Origin: Podospora anserina
Taxonomy: Eukaryota
NCBI GenBank assembly: GCA_017654855.1
Contig: CM030332.1
Span: 5,146,001-5,210,000 of the forward strand
Reading direction: 5' to 3'
DNA: 64,000 bases
Shown here: positions 53,309 to 64,000 of the stretch, in pieces
How positions within the stretch are numbered: the stretch's first letter is position 1
Layout: the number at the start of each line of letters is the position of its first letter
Position numbers and translations under genes: made by a program
The notes under the pieces: generated by a model
Told to the model about the DNA's origin: nothing
The model's input: only the letters and a program-made list of their open reading frames with translations
The model's database searches: none

Positions 53309-55601
53309 ATGTCCCGATACACCAACGCACGCCGACGTGCTGCCGGTCTAGGCCGGTATGCCGAGAACCCGGACCTGGGCAAGCTCAAGTACTGTCCCGA
53401 CATCCAGTTAAACGAGGAACACCCATCTGTTCCTTTTATGCCCCCAGTTCCAAGCTTCAATGGCGCCAACGATATTTGGTCCAGCTTTCCCCGACCCATC
53501 GAGAAGAATGACTGGGTGCGTCGGATCACAGGGGAGCAACCCCCTGCTCGAGTAGGGGAGTCGTCCCAAACGTCCCAGGCTGAGCTCGGGCGCCTTTCAT
53601 CTCGGTCCTAGTGCGTCCAGTCTCGTCCTTTGATCTGTCTCTTTCCCCACAATCTTCTAACTCGTCCACAGCTCACTTCGCGTGGGGGACTCCAACGACT
53701 TCGCCTCGGTCTGGGAATCGATTGTAATTCCTGCCCTTACTGACCTCCTCCAACAATACTGCGACTCTGACTTCGCGGTCGACGTACACAACTTCCCTGA
53801 GCTCTCCACAGATGCCGTCCCCCGTGTGATCTACATCACACTGAGCGACCATGTGGACCCCTCGTTTGAAGTATGACGGTTGCTCTTCATGACTTTTCTG
53901 TTAACCAAGTGCGTCATGTGCTAAGCAACCCTCTCGACAGGAAACCATCCGTACCGAGCTTGCCCACGCAGTTCCCACTCGCTTCCACCCCATCTACCTC
54001 AAGTTCCGTAGAGGTGGTCCCCAGAGATCCGGGATGTGGTGGGGCCAGGAAAGAGGCGACCATGATGACATTTGTGAGCCTTGCAACATCACTTACCGTC
54101 CCGCCCCCATAATGGGCATCTCGATCGGTCCAGTCCAAGTAGCCGACGCTGCTTCACTCGGGGGCTTCATCAAAATCGGCTCTGAGCTGTATGCCATGAG
54201 TGCCGCTCACGCCTTTGAGGATGCTGTCAAAAAGGGGCACGCCCGCGTTCATCACCCAGCTAAACCCGACTTCCCCAAGATCACGCCTAGTGATCCTCGC
54301 GCGAAACAATACGTCATTGGGACTGTGGCTATGAAGACGCCGTCTGGGACACTTCGTCCATCGCTTACCTTTCAGAACACGAATTTCTCGGCGGAACGCA
54401 CCAAGGTTGAGATGGACTGGTGTCTCATTGGACCGGTGAAAAACGGGAAGAACATAATCTCGGTGCCCAGTTTTCAAATGGATCGGTGCGTTGCTGTGGA
54501 GCAGACGGCGCCCGTTGAGGGGAACACCGAGGTTTATGCCATGGCGAGGACAAGCGGGTATTCGCTTGGTTTTGTGTCTGATGTGCCTGGGTTGCAGAGA
54601 ATTGGCGGACATCTGAGGAGGGAATGGACTGTCAGACAGTACTCCCCTTTCAAGCACCCGAGGGACAGTCGAGCTAGTGCGCCTTGGTGAGCTATGGTCT
54701 TTATGTCTTCTGTTTCATCTGACTGACCTTATTCATAGGCAAACGTTGAAGCAATGGGTGACTTCGGGAATGGGGGTGCCCGGAGACTCGGGGGCATGGC
54801 TGATGCGGCGCTCTGACAATGCGGTCATCGGGCTCATCTGGGGACGCAACCATGACTATGGTGATCCCCTCGAGCGAGTTCGTCTGACCTACTTCACCCC
54901 CATGGTGGATATCCTCAAAGATGTGCGGGAAAATGGGAGTTCCCAGGTGGCAGAGGAGACTGTGCTTTTCCCCACTAACACGAAGATAGTACACCGTCGG
55001 GGAAGAGGTCTCGCTACCCAGCTACTCGGCCACAGATCTGGCACGGGCTTCTGATAGCCAGCGTAGCGCAGTGCACTTGGATCCATCTCGAGACCCGTGG
55101 AATGCCCTGGCATCAGATGTGATTCAGCAGCATCGCCACACCCAAGAGGACCTCATCAGGGATCATTTCGTCGACAATAACATCCCTCCCTCTGGCGCAG
55201 TGTTCGATCGCCCACCACCTGCCGAGTCTGGTCTCAGTCTGATGGAGAGTTTGTCTGAGCCCATTGAGGCATCTGTTCTCGCAGCAGGTCGTCAAACACT
55301 GCCACCTTATAGCGAGGGCCATTACTCAACGTCAACTTTGCGCTCTCAAGATCGATTGCTTCTTGGAATCGGGGAAAGCGTATCAGTGCCCGGTCTTTCC
55401 AGCTCATCATCCATCCATTCGAGTGTCGGATCCATGGGTGAACCTTTTGATGCTATATCCGCTGGAAATGGAGTGCACATTGTCGAAGAACAAGGTGTGC
55501 ACGAAGACATCATCGAGGTCGAAGAGCCTGTCAGGTCCAAAGCCTGTTTTACTGCTGCGAACCCCCCCGCCTTTCCAAGGTTGAGCTTCGTTCGGCCGTG
55601 A
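53309..55601 (+). CDS. Intracellular trypsin-like serine protease (Nal1/Ssy5-like); exons 53309-53610, 53672-53870, 53941-54686, 54739-~54922 or 54946, 54990-55601
   Basis: Triad-like motifs SAAHAF (H), EMDWCLI (D), PGDSGAW (S). Three clear GT-AG introns restore frame. The fourth intron has an ACTAAC branch and TAG at 54989, with an in-frame donor at 54923 or 54947. No signal peptide. Confidence 0.82.
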
Positions 55602-58600
55602 AAAGCGGCAAGACTCTACGCCAGAGTTCTTGCAAGTTGCCCGATGGGTGCTAGTTCTCCGAAGATGCCGAGCCACACAATATTCCCTGCCTATCCGTCG
55701 GATAACTCGGCTCGGTGATGATGGCGAGTGCAGTATCCCAATACAGTATTCCTTGTCAAAAGTTGGTGGTTGAGGCCGAGTTTGTTTGACTGCAGAGGTC
55801 TCGATTATGGCTGCGACCGAGACTGGCTGGACCTGCCGTGGGTGGTGTCAGCGAGGCTACCATATTTCTCGGGCGACCACGGCGTTATAGCCATGGTGGC
55901 ATCATGACACCACAACCTCTTGCGGCCCGTCTGCTTTTCTGACGATGCAGATGTTCTTGTGCCCTACTGGTGGACTGCTAAGATCTTTGCATCATTGATC
56001 ATTCGTTGCCCCCACAGTCGCCTTGCTAGCCCGCACCCATCGAGTGCGGGGAAATCACGAGGCTGGAGAGCTGGTTGGGTGGCCTTGTCTTCGGTCACCA
56101 GGGCCGAGAGACAGGCTGAGGACGAAGAAAGCGCTTGAAAGGCAGATCGCGCCGAAGGTCCTGAAGGCACCTACTCAATAAGGTTCATGTGAGGCCCGGA
56201 ATACCTACCGGGCACACCCTTATATGACACCGTCTGCCTCTTGATTCGACCAAGGGATCCGATGCCTCCTTGAAGGTTGCGCTCTGGGTTGGAAAGGTGT
56301 GCCTGTCTTGGGATGTCTGCCTTGAAGCAAGGACCGTACCTCTATGCATATCCTGTTGGGTTGCACAAACCGATAATGCTACAGAACGTGTGTCGATTTC
56401 CACGCGAAATCTTCTCACGTTTCTGGAAATCCCGGTGACGCATGGCGGGGTAACAATGATATTGTTTGGTTGCATATACCATACGCGTTGTGAGATAGAG
56501 GCAGCAGCAAAAATGAAGAGAAACAATCCGCGGGTTGGATCATGGCCCCCACCCCACCTTGGCTGCTTTAACCAAAGGTTGATTGGGACCTCCTCACTGT
56601 TGCATACAGTGACGTCGAGCTCGATCCAACAGGAAGGATTCATCAAGTAGTAGATGCACGGTGTCACAGGCTCACCGAACATGGAATATAAATGATCCTC
56701 AAGATCCCCTCAATTTGATCAAGTTTGGATCTAGGCTGTTGGCGGCACGGCTGCCGTCTAGCCCGTCCTGCCTGCCAGGGCTGAACAATATCTCCGTCAC
56801 AGTCGGTTGTGCGAGGACCAAATTGTCGTTTCTCTCATCAAAGTTGGTTGGGGGCGTAGCGTTCCAAGCACTCCCGCCCTGCGGATACGTTGAGTTGAGT
56901 GTGTGCCGCCAAAGGGTTGCAGATTGCTGGCCGCCTACCTGCGTATCGGGGGCCTCGAGATGCGACCTTCGTTTACCCCGCAGGAACCGAAGAAATATCG
57001 CTTGGATGAAAGATGTCGGCCTTTTTGTCCCTCGGTTGCCGAGTCGGAGGGTTTTTTTGTGAATAGCTGCTGACCCGAACGAATGCACCTCTCGGCGAGT
57101 GGGCTCACCGACTGGAAGGCATCCATCCTCTCTCTGACTGAACTTCGCAGCAGGCATCTTCAGCTGTGAGAAAGATGACCAGCCTTCATGTGCAAAGCAG
57201 TCACTTGAGGCTCCCACCACGTGCTCGCAAAGCTTGTAAGCTTCGAGCTTGGCTTGAACACCGGGCGCGGAAGCTCCCTCGCTCTAGCGGCATGTTTCCC
57301 GCTCTCTGGAAGCAATACCTTGTTCGGGATGTTCCAGCCGTTCTACAAGGCGACCACGCCTTACCCAAGTTAGCAATTATAAGCCTGGTAACCAATCGCA
57401 TTGGAAGAAAATGTCTGAGGTTTGGTGCCTGGCAGACCGATGACAATCATGGGAATGAGCGGTAAATGGGTAGACAATGGGGGGGCCAATTGGGGGAGGA
57501 CATCATGACATGGGTCAACCAAACACCCCGATAAGCCGCCTGTGAGGGGGGAAAAGCGTCATTCTATACGCCACATACAAGCTTTGTTAATAATCACTGC
57601 AAGCAAAATGCAATCACACCGAGAACGGATCTCGAGAAGAAGAAAAGTCCTCACGTCAGGGGAGGGAGCTTTTCACCTTTCAACCCACAACAAGGCGACC
57701 AGAGAGGCGAAGCAAAACAAAACCTGCGACTTTCCGATAAGGGGAAGGAGCAAATTGGAAACCCCGTTGTAGCTATTTCCATTCCATCTGCAGCTTTTGC
57801 TGACCTCCCTCCCACCCCTTGTCCGACTTACAACTCCTTTTTGCTTAGGTGTTACAAGCTCGAGTCGGAGAATGCAACAGAAAGGGATTACTGTCCTTAC
57901 ACACAGGGGAGCGGTGAAGCAGACTTGGTATCATCAGGAGCCGAGCAGCATGTCATCAGACAGAGAGGGGAAAACTCTGCGACTCCGGCTTCGGTTCGGC
58001 TGACTGGCAACTTTGTCGGTGTTGCCTTTTGGGAAGGAGGCCGTCAGGGAACAGGAAGTTCCAATGTCCACGTTTTGAGGCTTTTACAACACCCCTCCCT
58101 TGTCGAGCATGAGCTGCAATAAAAGAAAAGGCCCAAAAGCAGCGACAAGCGGGATGTGAAGTGCAAAAGCTTGATAGGTGAAGAAGAGACGCATCTGATG
58201 TGGAAATTTAAATGCCAAATCATCAAAACGAACAAAGGTCAACGTCGGCCCGGCACGACAGGAGTGGCTATGTGGTTGGCCGGCCGGGTTTGAGACGAAT
58301 AAATGACCTGTCATGTCTGGAAATCTGCGAGCAGCCGACTTCAGATTGAGCACTGGCCAGGAGGAGACCAGTTCACGATCGGGGGATCTCTGTGCCGCTT
58401 ACTTGCTTTTTTGATCGATTCTTGTGCGGTTTTGCCGGGTGGGAAGTCGATAAAAGTGCAGAAGTGAAGATGCTTTGATTCTGATGACATCAACCAGAGG
58501 TATTCAACCTAACAAAGAGAAAGACAAAGCGATTATCTCGTCAACTCCATAATCCCATTGTGCTCTCCTTACCACCTTGCCCCCAGTCAAGTACCTGTAC

Positions 58601-59181
58601 GTTTCAAATATCCCAACCTTAATTCACTCATACAAGGAAATATATCGACGAACTTGGAACGAAAGGCTTGGTTACCTAGCATTTGTAGTTGAAAGAGGTG
58701 ACGGAGGGTATATGGGCAATGAGATAACTAAGGGCCAGAATGGTCATACGTGAGCATAACATTGTATTCGTACAACTAACCAAAGACTTTTTGTGGCACA
58801 CCATGGACGAAAGAGCTGGTATTTCATAAGGATAATACAATATAGTATTCTAAACTAGGCCTCGAAAGGTGAATTATAGGCCTTCAAGAGCAGTTAGCAG
58901 GCATGTATCCTATTGAAAAATATGTAAGCTAATGGCCGTTGCGCGGTTTGCTGACTTGCAGTGTTGATTGGAACGACGTGAAAGAACAAGGTATGTGTCC
59001 TTTGTCCTTGAGAAAGTAATCTTGTAGAAGAGCACACAAAGACATTATCCCGCTGTTTCATCAACAAAGCTGTTGTCTCTACTCACAATAGGGGTAATCC
59101 AAGTAGACGTGCTCTCATGCGAACTGCCTATTTAACAACCACATCTCCACTCCAAATCCAATTCTCGAAATCATCATCAAC

Positions 59182-59210
59182 CATCTCATCATCTCATCTC
59201 ATCTCATCTC
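59182..59210. repeat. Imperfect (CATCT)n pentanucleotide tract in a putative 5' leader
   Basis: catctcatcatctcatctcatctcatctc read directly from the sequence. Confidence 0.8.
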
Positions 59211-59326
59211 AACCCACTTTCTACTCTTGAAACCAACAAACTTACAAGGCTAAGTTTTACACTTTCAAGTTACCACCACCAACACCAACAAACCACCACT
59301 AAGCAAAACCCCCAAACACCAACAAA

Positions 59327-59431
59327 ATAGCCCGCACTACCACCAGCCGCCGCGTCACCACCCACACCGTCAACAGTGTCACCCAATCCATCGAGCACGT
59401 CATCGAAGAGGAATGGTGGAAGTGTGTGTGA
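59327..59431 (+). other. Candidate 34-aa peptide ORF with ATA in place of ATG: (M)ARTTTSRRVTTHTVNSVTQSIEHVIEEEWWKCV*
   Basis: Context caccaacaaaATAGCC, strongly C-ending codons, TATTTAA at 59129-59135, CA-rich leader and upstream ACAAAG cluster; absent from the ORF track. Confidence 0.5.
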
Positions 59432-60551
59432 GTGAGTGGGATGAACTGATATTTAGAAGATTAATTAGAAAACACGAGTTGTTGATCAACTATTTAAAGC
59501 TGTCCCCGTTTGCGTTTGAGTGTTTGTGATTCGAATTTTGTTGTGTAACCATTGCAAATAAATGCCATACCAAGGTATCAGAAAACACCTCATGTTGCCA
59601 TGCATGATGTTCTCAGATTTTGTGTTGTGGACTCTTGCTGGTGTAGTTGTTCTCCATGTCACTTCTTCCGGGCGATGTCTTCTTGTTTGTTACCGATATC
59701 AAATTTTTATTCTCATTTATAGAATATTCCTGTTTTTTTCCAAAGTACCAAACCATCACATAAAAAGCCAGAACCTCGCCAAAAGACAAGTAACAAACGT
59801 AAAGATCTCTCTTGATACAACGTAAAAGGAAGGTTATTCATAAGTGTCGTAACGTAATTGGTGATGTGCATGACTCTTCCTTGCCTTCGCATAAATTCAA
59901 GACAAGGGACGGGAAAACGGAAGCATGTGAAAGCAAAAAGACAACACACACTCAAACCAACACCAAAGATAAAACAAGCACCAAAGTATTACTCACGGCT
60001 CTCTTTGAAAACAACGTGTGACCAGCCCTTCTCTGGTCGAGAACAATCAAGAAATCTCGTTTGTGTCTGTCTCTCTCTCGCTCCTCGACTCGTCCCCTGA
60101 CACCTCTCCATCATCGTCCAATATGCTGCCACTCCCCTCACCCAGCTAACGCATTTCGTTTGCTCTGTCAGCGCCCCAAAAATGTCGGGTCGCCTTGACG
60201 GCCTGACAATCACCCACAAAAAAACCATCAAAGGCATGTCAACGGCAAAGGGAGGCTAGCAGAGGAAGGTCCTGCTCAAGCAAATGTCGAAGGTCCAAAG
60301 AGTGAATATAACTCGGCTTCCCCGCAGGTCAGACAAAGTCGCTCGGCTTTCACCGCCGCCTTCTGTCAGCCCTTCTTCAAAATGCTGTGGCTTGTTCCTG
60401 TCATTACAAGGGGTTTGCCCCTGATGATTTGTGCTGGCAATGCGAGTGTTGACTCGAAGCTGGATTTGTGTGTCCGAGCTCCGAGTGCTGGGCAATAGGA
60501 GTGTTGTTGATAGTTGATAGATGCCAAAAAAACATCGATCTGCTAACTTTC

Positions 60552-62895
60552 TCAAGAGGTGATGGCAGCAGCATCAGGAAGCTCTCCCATCTCAACACTC
60601 TCCACTGGGCTCATTGGTGTCCCTTTTGCCTCTGTCTCATACTCAGGGGCAACAGTGAACTCATGGGTTGACGAATTATACCACAGCCATCTAGGATTGG
60701 AGGTTGCGATCTTGTGTCCCAGCCACAGCACACGCTCCTTGCGCTCCTCGGCCATGGAAGCAACTTCAAAATACTTTTCGTCATCGTCGATCTTCTCGTT
60801 CGAGAAGCAATCACTGGGAGAAACTCTGTCCGCCCAAGCAAGGCCCCGCATGGCATAGTCCTCTGGCAAAGGTCTTCGAGACTCAGACCTGGGAAGAACG
60901 GTTTCCTCAATGCGACTATAGTTCTTGCAAGACCCAAGCAACGTATTCATCATCAACGCAGTCCGCTTCCAAGGAAATGAAGGTGCCACAAAATGAATGG
61001 CCTCGGGCAAGAACGTAAGGTGGTAAATGAAAACCAGAGACACATGAAGGAATGGAAGAATGTTAGGGTCGCCATCCCTGCGCGCGACGATATCGTAGGT
61101 TTGAGAAAAGAGCTTGAGCGCATTGGCCAAGTCTTCAGGGACAGGAGAACCAAGATCGCCGTCTGCCATCAACTGATCTTGGGCTTCTTCATCGGCACCA
61201 CGGCTTTGCTTCAATGACTTCGAGATTGGGTTGGCTTCGTTTCCGTAGCCAATCACAGCGCAGCAATTGGAAATGCCCATGTGGTAGCCAGCCTCGAGCC
61301 ACTTGCGGCTGGAGCGGGTGATTTGGCTGTCCAGAGACTGAAGAAAGTCATCCATGGTTGAATGCAGCTTCTCCATCTGCTTGCCGCTGAACATGATGGC
61401 ATGGACCTTGACAAATGCGAACTCGGCAACCGAGAGCCTCGATTGCTGCTGATTGGGAGTCGGGGCCATGATTGGGTCGAACAGGGTCATGATACTCTCG
61501 CGAGCAGAGCCGAAGGGAATCGCGACACAAAGGGACTTGGTGTAGTAATAGAGCTGCTGAAGCGCATTGGGACGAGCAAGAATGGCCAAGTGGTGATACA
61601 GCCGCCCGGTGGTTGGAGCCTTGTCAGAAGCCTTGGAATACCAGTGACGACTCACGGCGGTCCAATTTTCCCGGTCCCGGATATCGTCATCCTCGATGGC
61701 CATCCTGTAACGCCCAAGGTCACCAAGGCATTCGATCCAGGTGTCCTCGAAAGCCGGAACAGTTTCGTAGAGAAGAGCCATCATTGAATATGCGAGGTAA
61801 ATGAACATCAGCATGTGTTCAAGACTCGCTGGCAGCCGGTGTCTAAGCAGCTCGAGGAACGAATGAATACCATGCCGCCACATGCGTGCAGGCATGGCAT
61901 ACTTCGATGCCAATCTCCGCAAGGCAGGACTCGCAGAAGGGTGCTGAGAAGCGAGAAAAAAGTCGTGGTGTTCGTGAAGCAGGGTCCTGTGGAGAGCGAT
62001 CAAGGCTTGCCATTGCTCGTTGTTGAGTTTGTTTGTTGGGTCATTTTGTGAGTTTTGGGCATTGTCAACCTCGATGCATTTGCTCTCCACCATCACCAGC
62101 CCGGCGTAGATTCCTTTCACCTCGGCTACCAGTTGGTCCTGGGAGATTGGCCTGGTTTCAGGTTGCTTGATCAGTTCCGTCGGGTCATTTTCCTCAACTT
62201 GAGTAGAGCTTCGTGATGTCGACGTGCGTGGTTGGCGATGTGGTGGCTTGGATGTTGGAGTAGATGAAACTCTTGAAGCAACATTGGATTTGTCGTAAGG
62301 ACGTTGAGAGGCTGTGAGGTCGGCATCGGGCGTCCAAAGGGTGCCCTTGGCAGGAGGTCGTCGGTCAATTCGGTCGGGCTCTATCCGAGCCTTGGATTTC
62401 TTTGGGGGAGAAGGGCTGCGGGATCGGGATGGTTGGCTTTTTGAATCCGGAGTCGATCTCCTGCTGGGTCGGTCCGGTCCGGGAGCACCAGAGTCTGGAT
62501 CTAACGGCCTCTGATTGGATGTATGTGTGGAGGATGGCACGGCCTTTGCATCTTTTGAACTGGGATCCAAGTTGCGTATGGCGGGTTTGCTCGCCTCTCT
62601 GGTATGTGTGAGTTGTGGGTGTTTGAAAAAAATAGAAAAGCAGCGAGGACTGCGAAGACACTTACCTCTCTATTGGGGGGGCTTCTTTCCACTTAGTGGA
62701 TATCAGCTCCTTCTTTTCCTTGTCGGTGCTCTTTTCGTTCAGCGACCTGACGTGGACTGTTTCGTAGTGCTTTTCATACTGGTGTTTTTCGAATGTTTCA
62801 TAGGCATATTGAGGATCCTCGCTGCAGTCGGGACAGTTGATTTTTTTGGCCGATGACCGCCGAAGGTGCTCATTCCATTTCTTGCTGAAGTCCAT
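60552..62895 (-). CDS. Est1/SMG5-7-type DNA/RNA-binding domain protein with an N-terminal zinc-finger-like exon; exons 62895-62666, 62598-60552
   Basis: ISQDQLVAEVKGIYAGLVMVE, LHRTLLHEHHDFFLASQHP, MPARMWRHGIHSFLE, WIECLGDLGRYRMA, GRLYHHLAILA, RPLPEDY motifs. Intron GTAAGT...CAG 62665-62599 joins the CPDC...H...H exon in frame. Confidence 0.88.
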
Positions 62896-64000
62896 TATTA
62901 GATGTGTAATATTCTCTGACCGCGGTGGTGGTGCGACAGTGTGCTGGGAGCTGTTTGATGGTGAGGTTGAGATGGACCGAGCTGCTCAACGAGCATTCTA
63001 TAGAGTGCGATGTGATTGGCCACTCGCCCGCTCGAACTGGGAGGGCTTGGCAATGAGGGGTTTTGCTCTGAATGGTGGGAGAAGGACCGAAAAAGCGGGG
63101 GTCCGAAGTTCTGTAAAGAACCAGCAAACGCAACCGGCGGGGAAAAGAGCAGCCGAGTTCAGTGCTTTCAAGATAGAAGAGGATATTGTTGAAGCAGAAA
63201 TGTTGTGTGGACCACCGTGAAGATGTATTCATATGAAAGTAAGAATGTAGGTCCACCCATAGACTCTAAATTTGGTTGGCCAGGCTGCCCGTCCGCGACC
63301 CAGCGAAATCTTAAAGCGGCAACAGCCCTTCTGTAAGGCGTCCAGTGGTTCGCAATTGGGCCGCCATCCAGCAGAGCCGCAATTCTTGACGCACCCCGCA
63401 GCTCCAACCTCTTTTTGCTCCTGCCTGGCAACACTACCATTCTTCTCACCGAAACCTTCGCTCAAGAGAGGTGCAGGCTTTGCACTTCATTGGCGTGATT
63501 GAGTGTCCTTGTCCCCAGGCAATCTGGGATTCATGTTCCCTAGGCTCTGGTCAGACATCACTCCCACGTCAACCGGTGTCTGCAATGAAAGAGATTATGG
63601 TTCCAAATAAGTTGTGACGGGGCTCTATCGGCTATTTCTGCCTCCCCAACTGGACCTCCTGTTATGCATGGCACGCACTGGCCAGACTCTCGTCCCATCC
63701 TTTACCTTTCTTTGACGACACAGTTATCCTGCCCGAAGTCACACTCCATAAAATGCAGCCAACTACTCGATACGACATATCTCAAAGAACATGAACGGAG
63801 TGATAGCACATTGGAAGGAACACGTCGGAATTGGCAGGCATACTTGGAACTGTTAAGGGCAGCGAGGGCTGACACAGACGGATGGAATTCCATTTTGCAT
63901 TCCATAAACATTCTCTATTCCTTCCATTCTCTCCGTCTGTTTAGCTATTTCGTGTGTATGTTCACTCACAGCTCACAGCATTGGTGGCAACTTGAGAGAC

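Noticed and set aside
53609-53611. Apparent premature TAG in the protease gene (editing or readthrough candidate)
   Set aside because: The G is the first base of intron 53611-53671; splicing gives TAC (Tyr).
54920-55070. Apparent frameshift in the protease gene
   Set aside because: Explained by an intron ending at TAG 54989 with an ACTAAC branch; either candidate donor is in frame.
56185-57220. Two 165-173 aa minus-strand ORFs
   Set aside because: No motifs, codon bias or convincing splice link; cannot be supported as a gene.

Overview
Eukaryotic, intron-containing DNA from a filamentous ascomycete. GT-AG introns with CTAAC/CTGAC branch sites, gene content and composition suggest Sordariales (Podospora-like); this assignment is inference. 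Conserved genes, in order: lipoyl synthase (3' end cut by the window edge), synaptobrevin-type v-SNARE, arg-6/ARG5,6 polyprotein, quinolinate phosphoribosyltransferase, RNA 3'-phosphate cyclase, ThiF-family ct6A dehydratase, an SDR, a small secreted Cys-rich protein, an acyl-CoA synthetase, a gamma-glutamylcyclotransferase, OCH1, an intracellular trypsin-like protease, and an Est1/SMG5-7-like protein. Three gene-poor stretches (about 9.9-24.3, 36.9-53.3 and 55.6-60.5 kb) contain orphan spliced ORFs and decayed gene relics. The most notable unexplained signal is a 34-codon micro-ORF at 59327-59431 that the ORF track misses. It has a strong start context but an ATA start codon, and sits behind a TATA-like box and a cluster of HMG-box (ACAAAG) motifs. 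It is a candidate sexual-stage peptide gene switched on by A-to-I editing (ATA->ATG). No rRNA, tRNA, CRISPR array or intact transposon was recognised. All family calls come from motif recognition; no searches were run.
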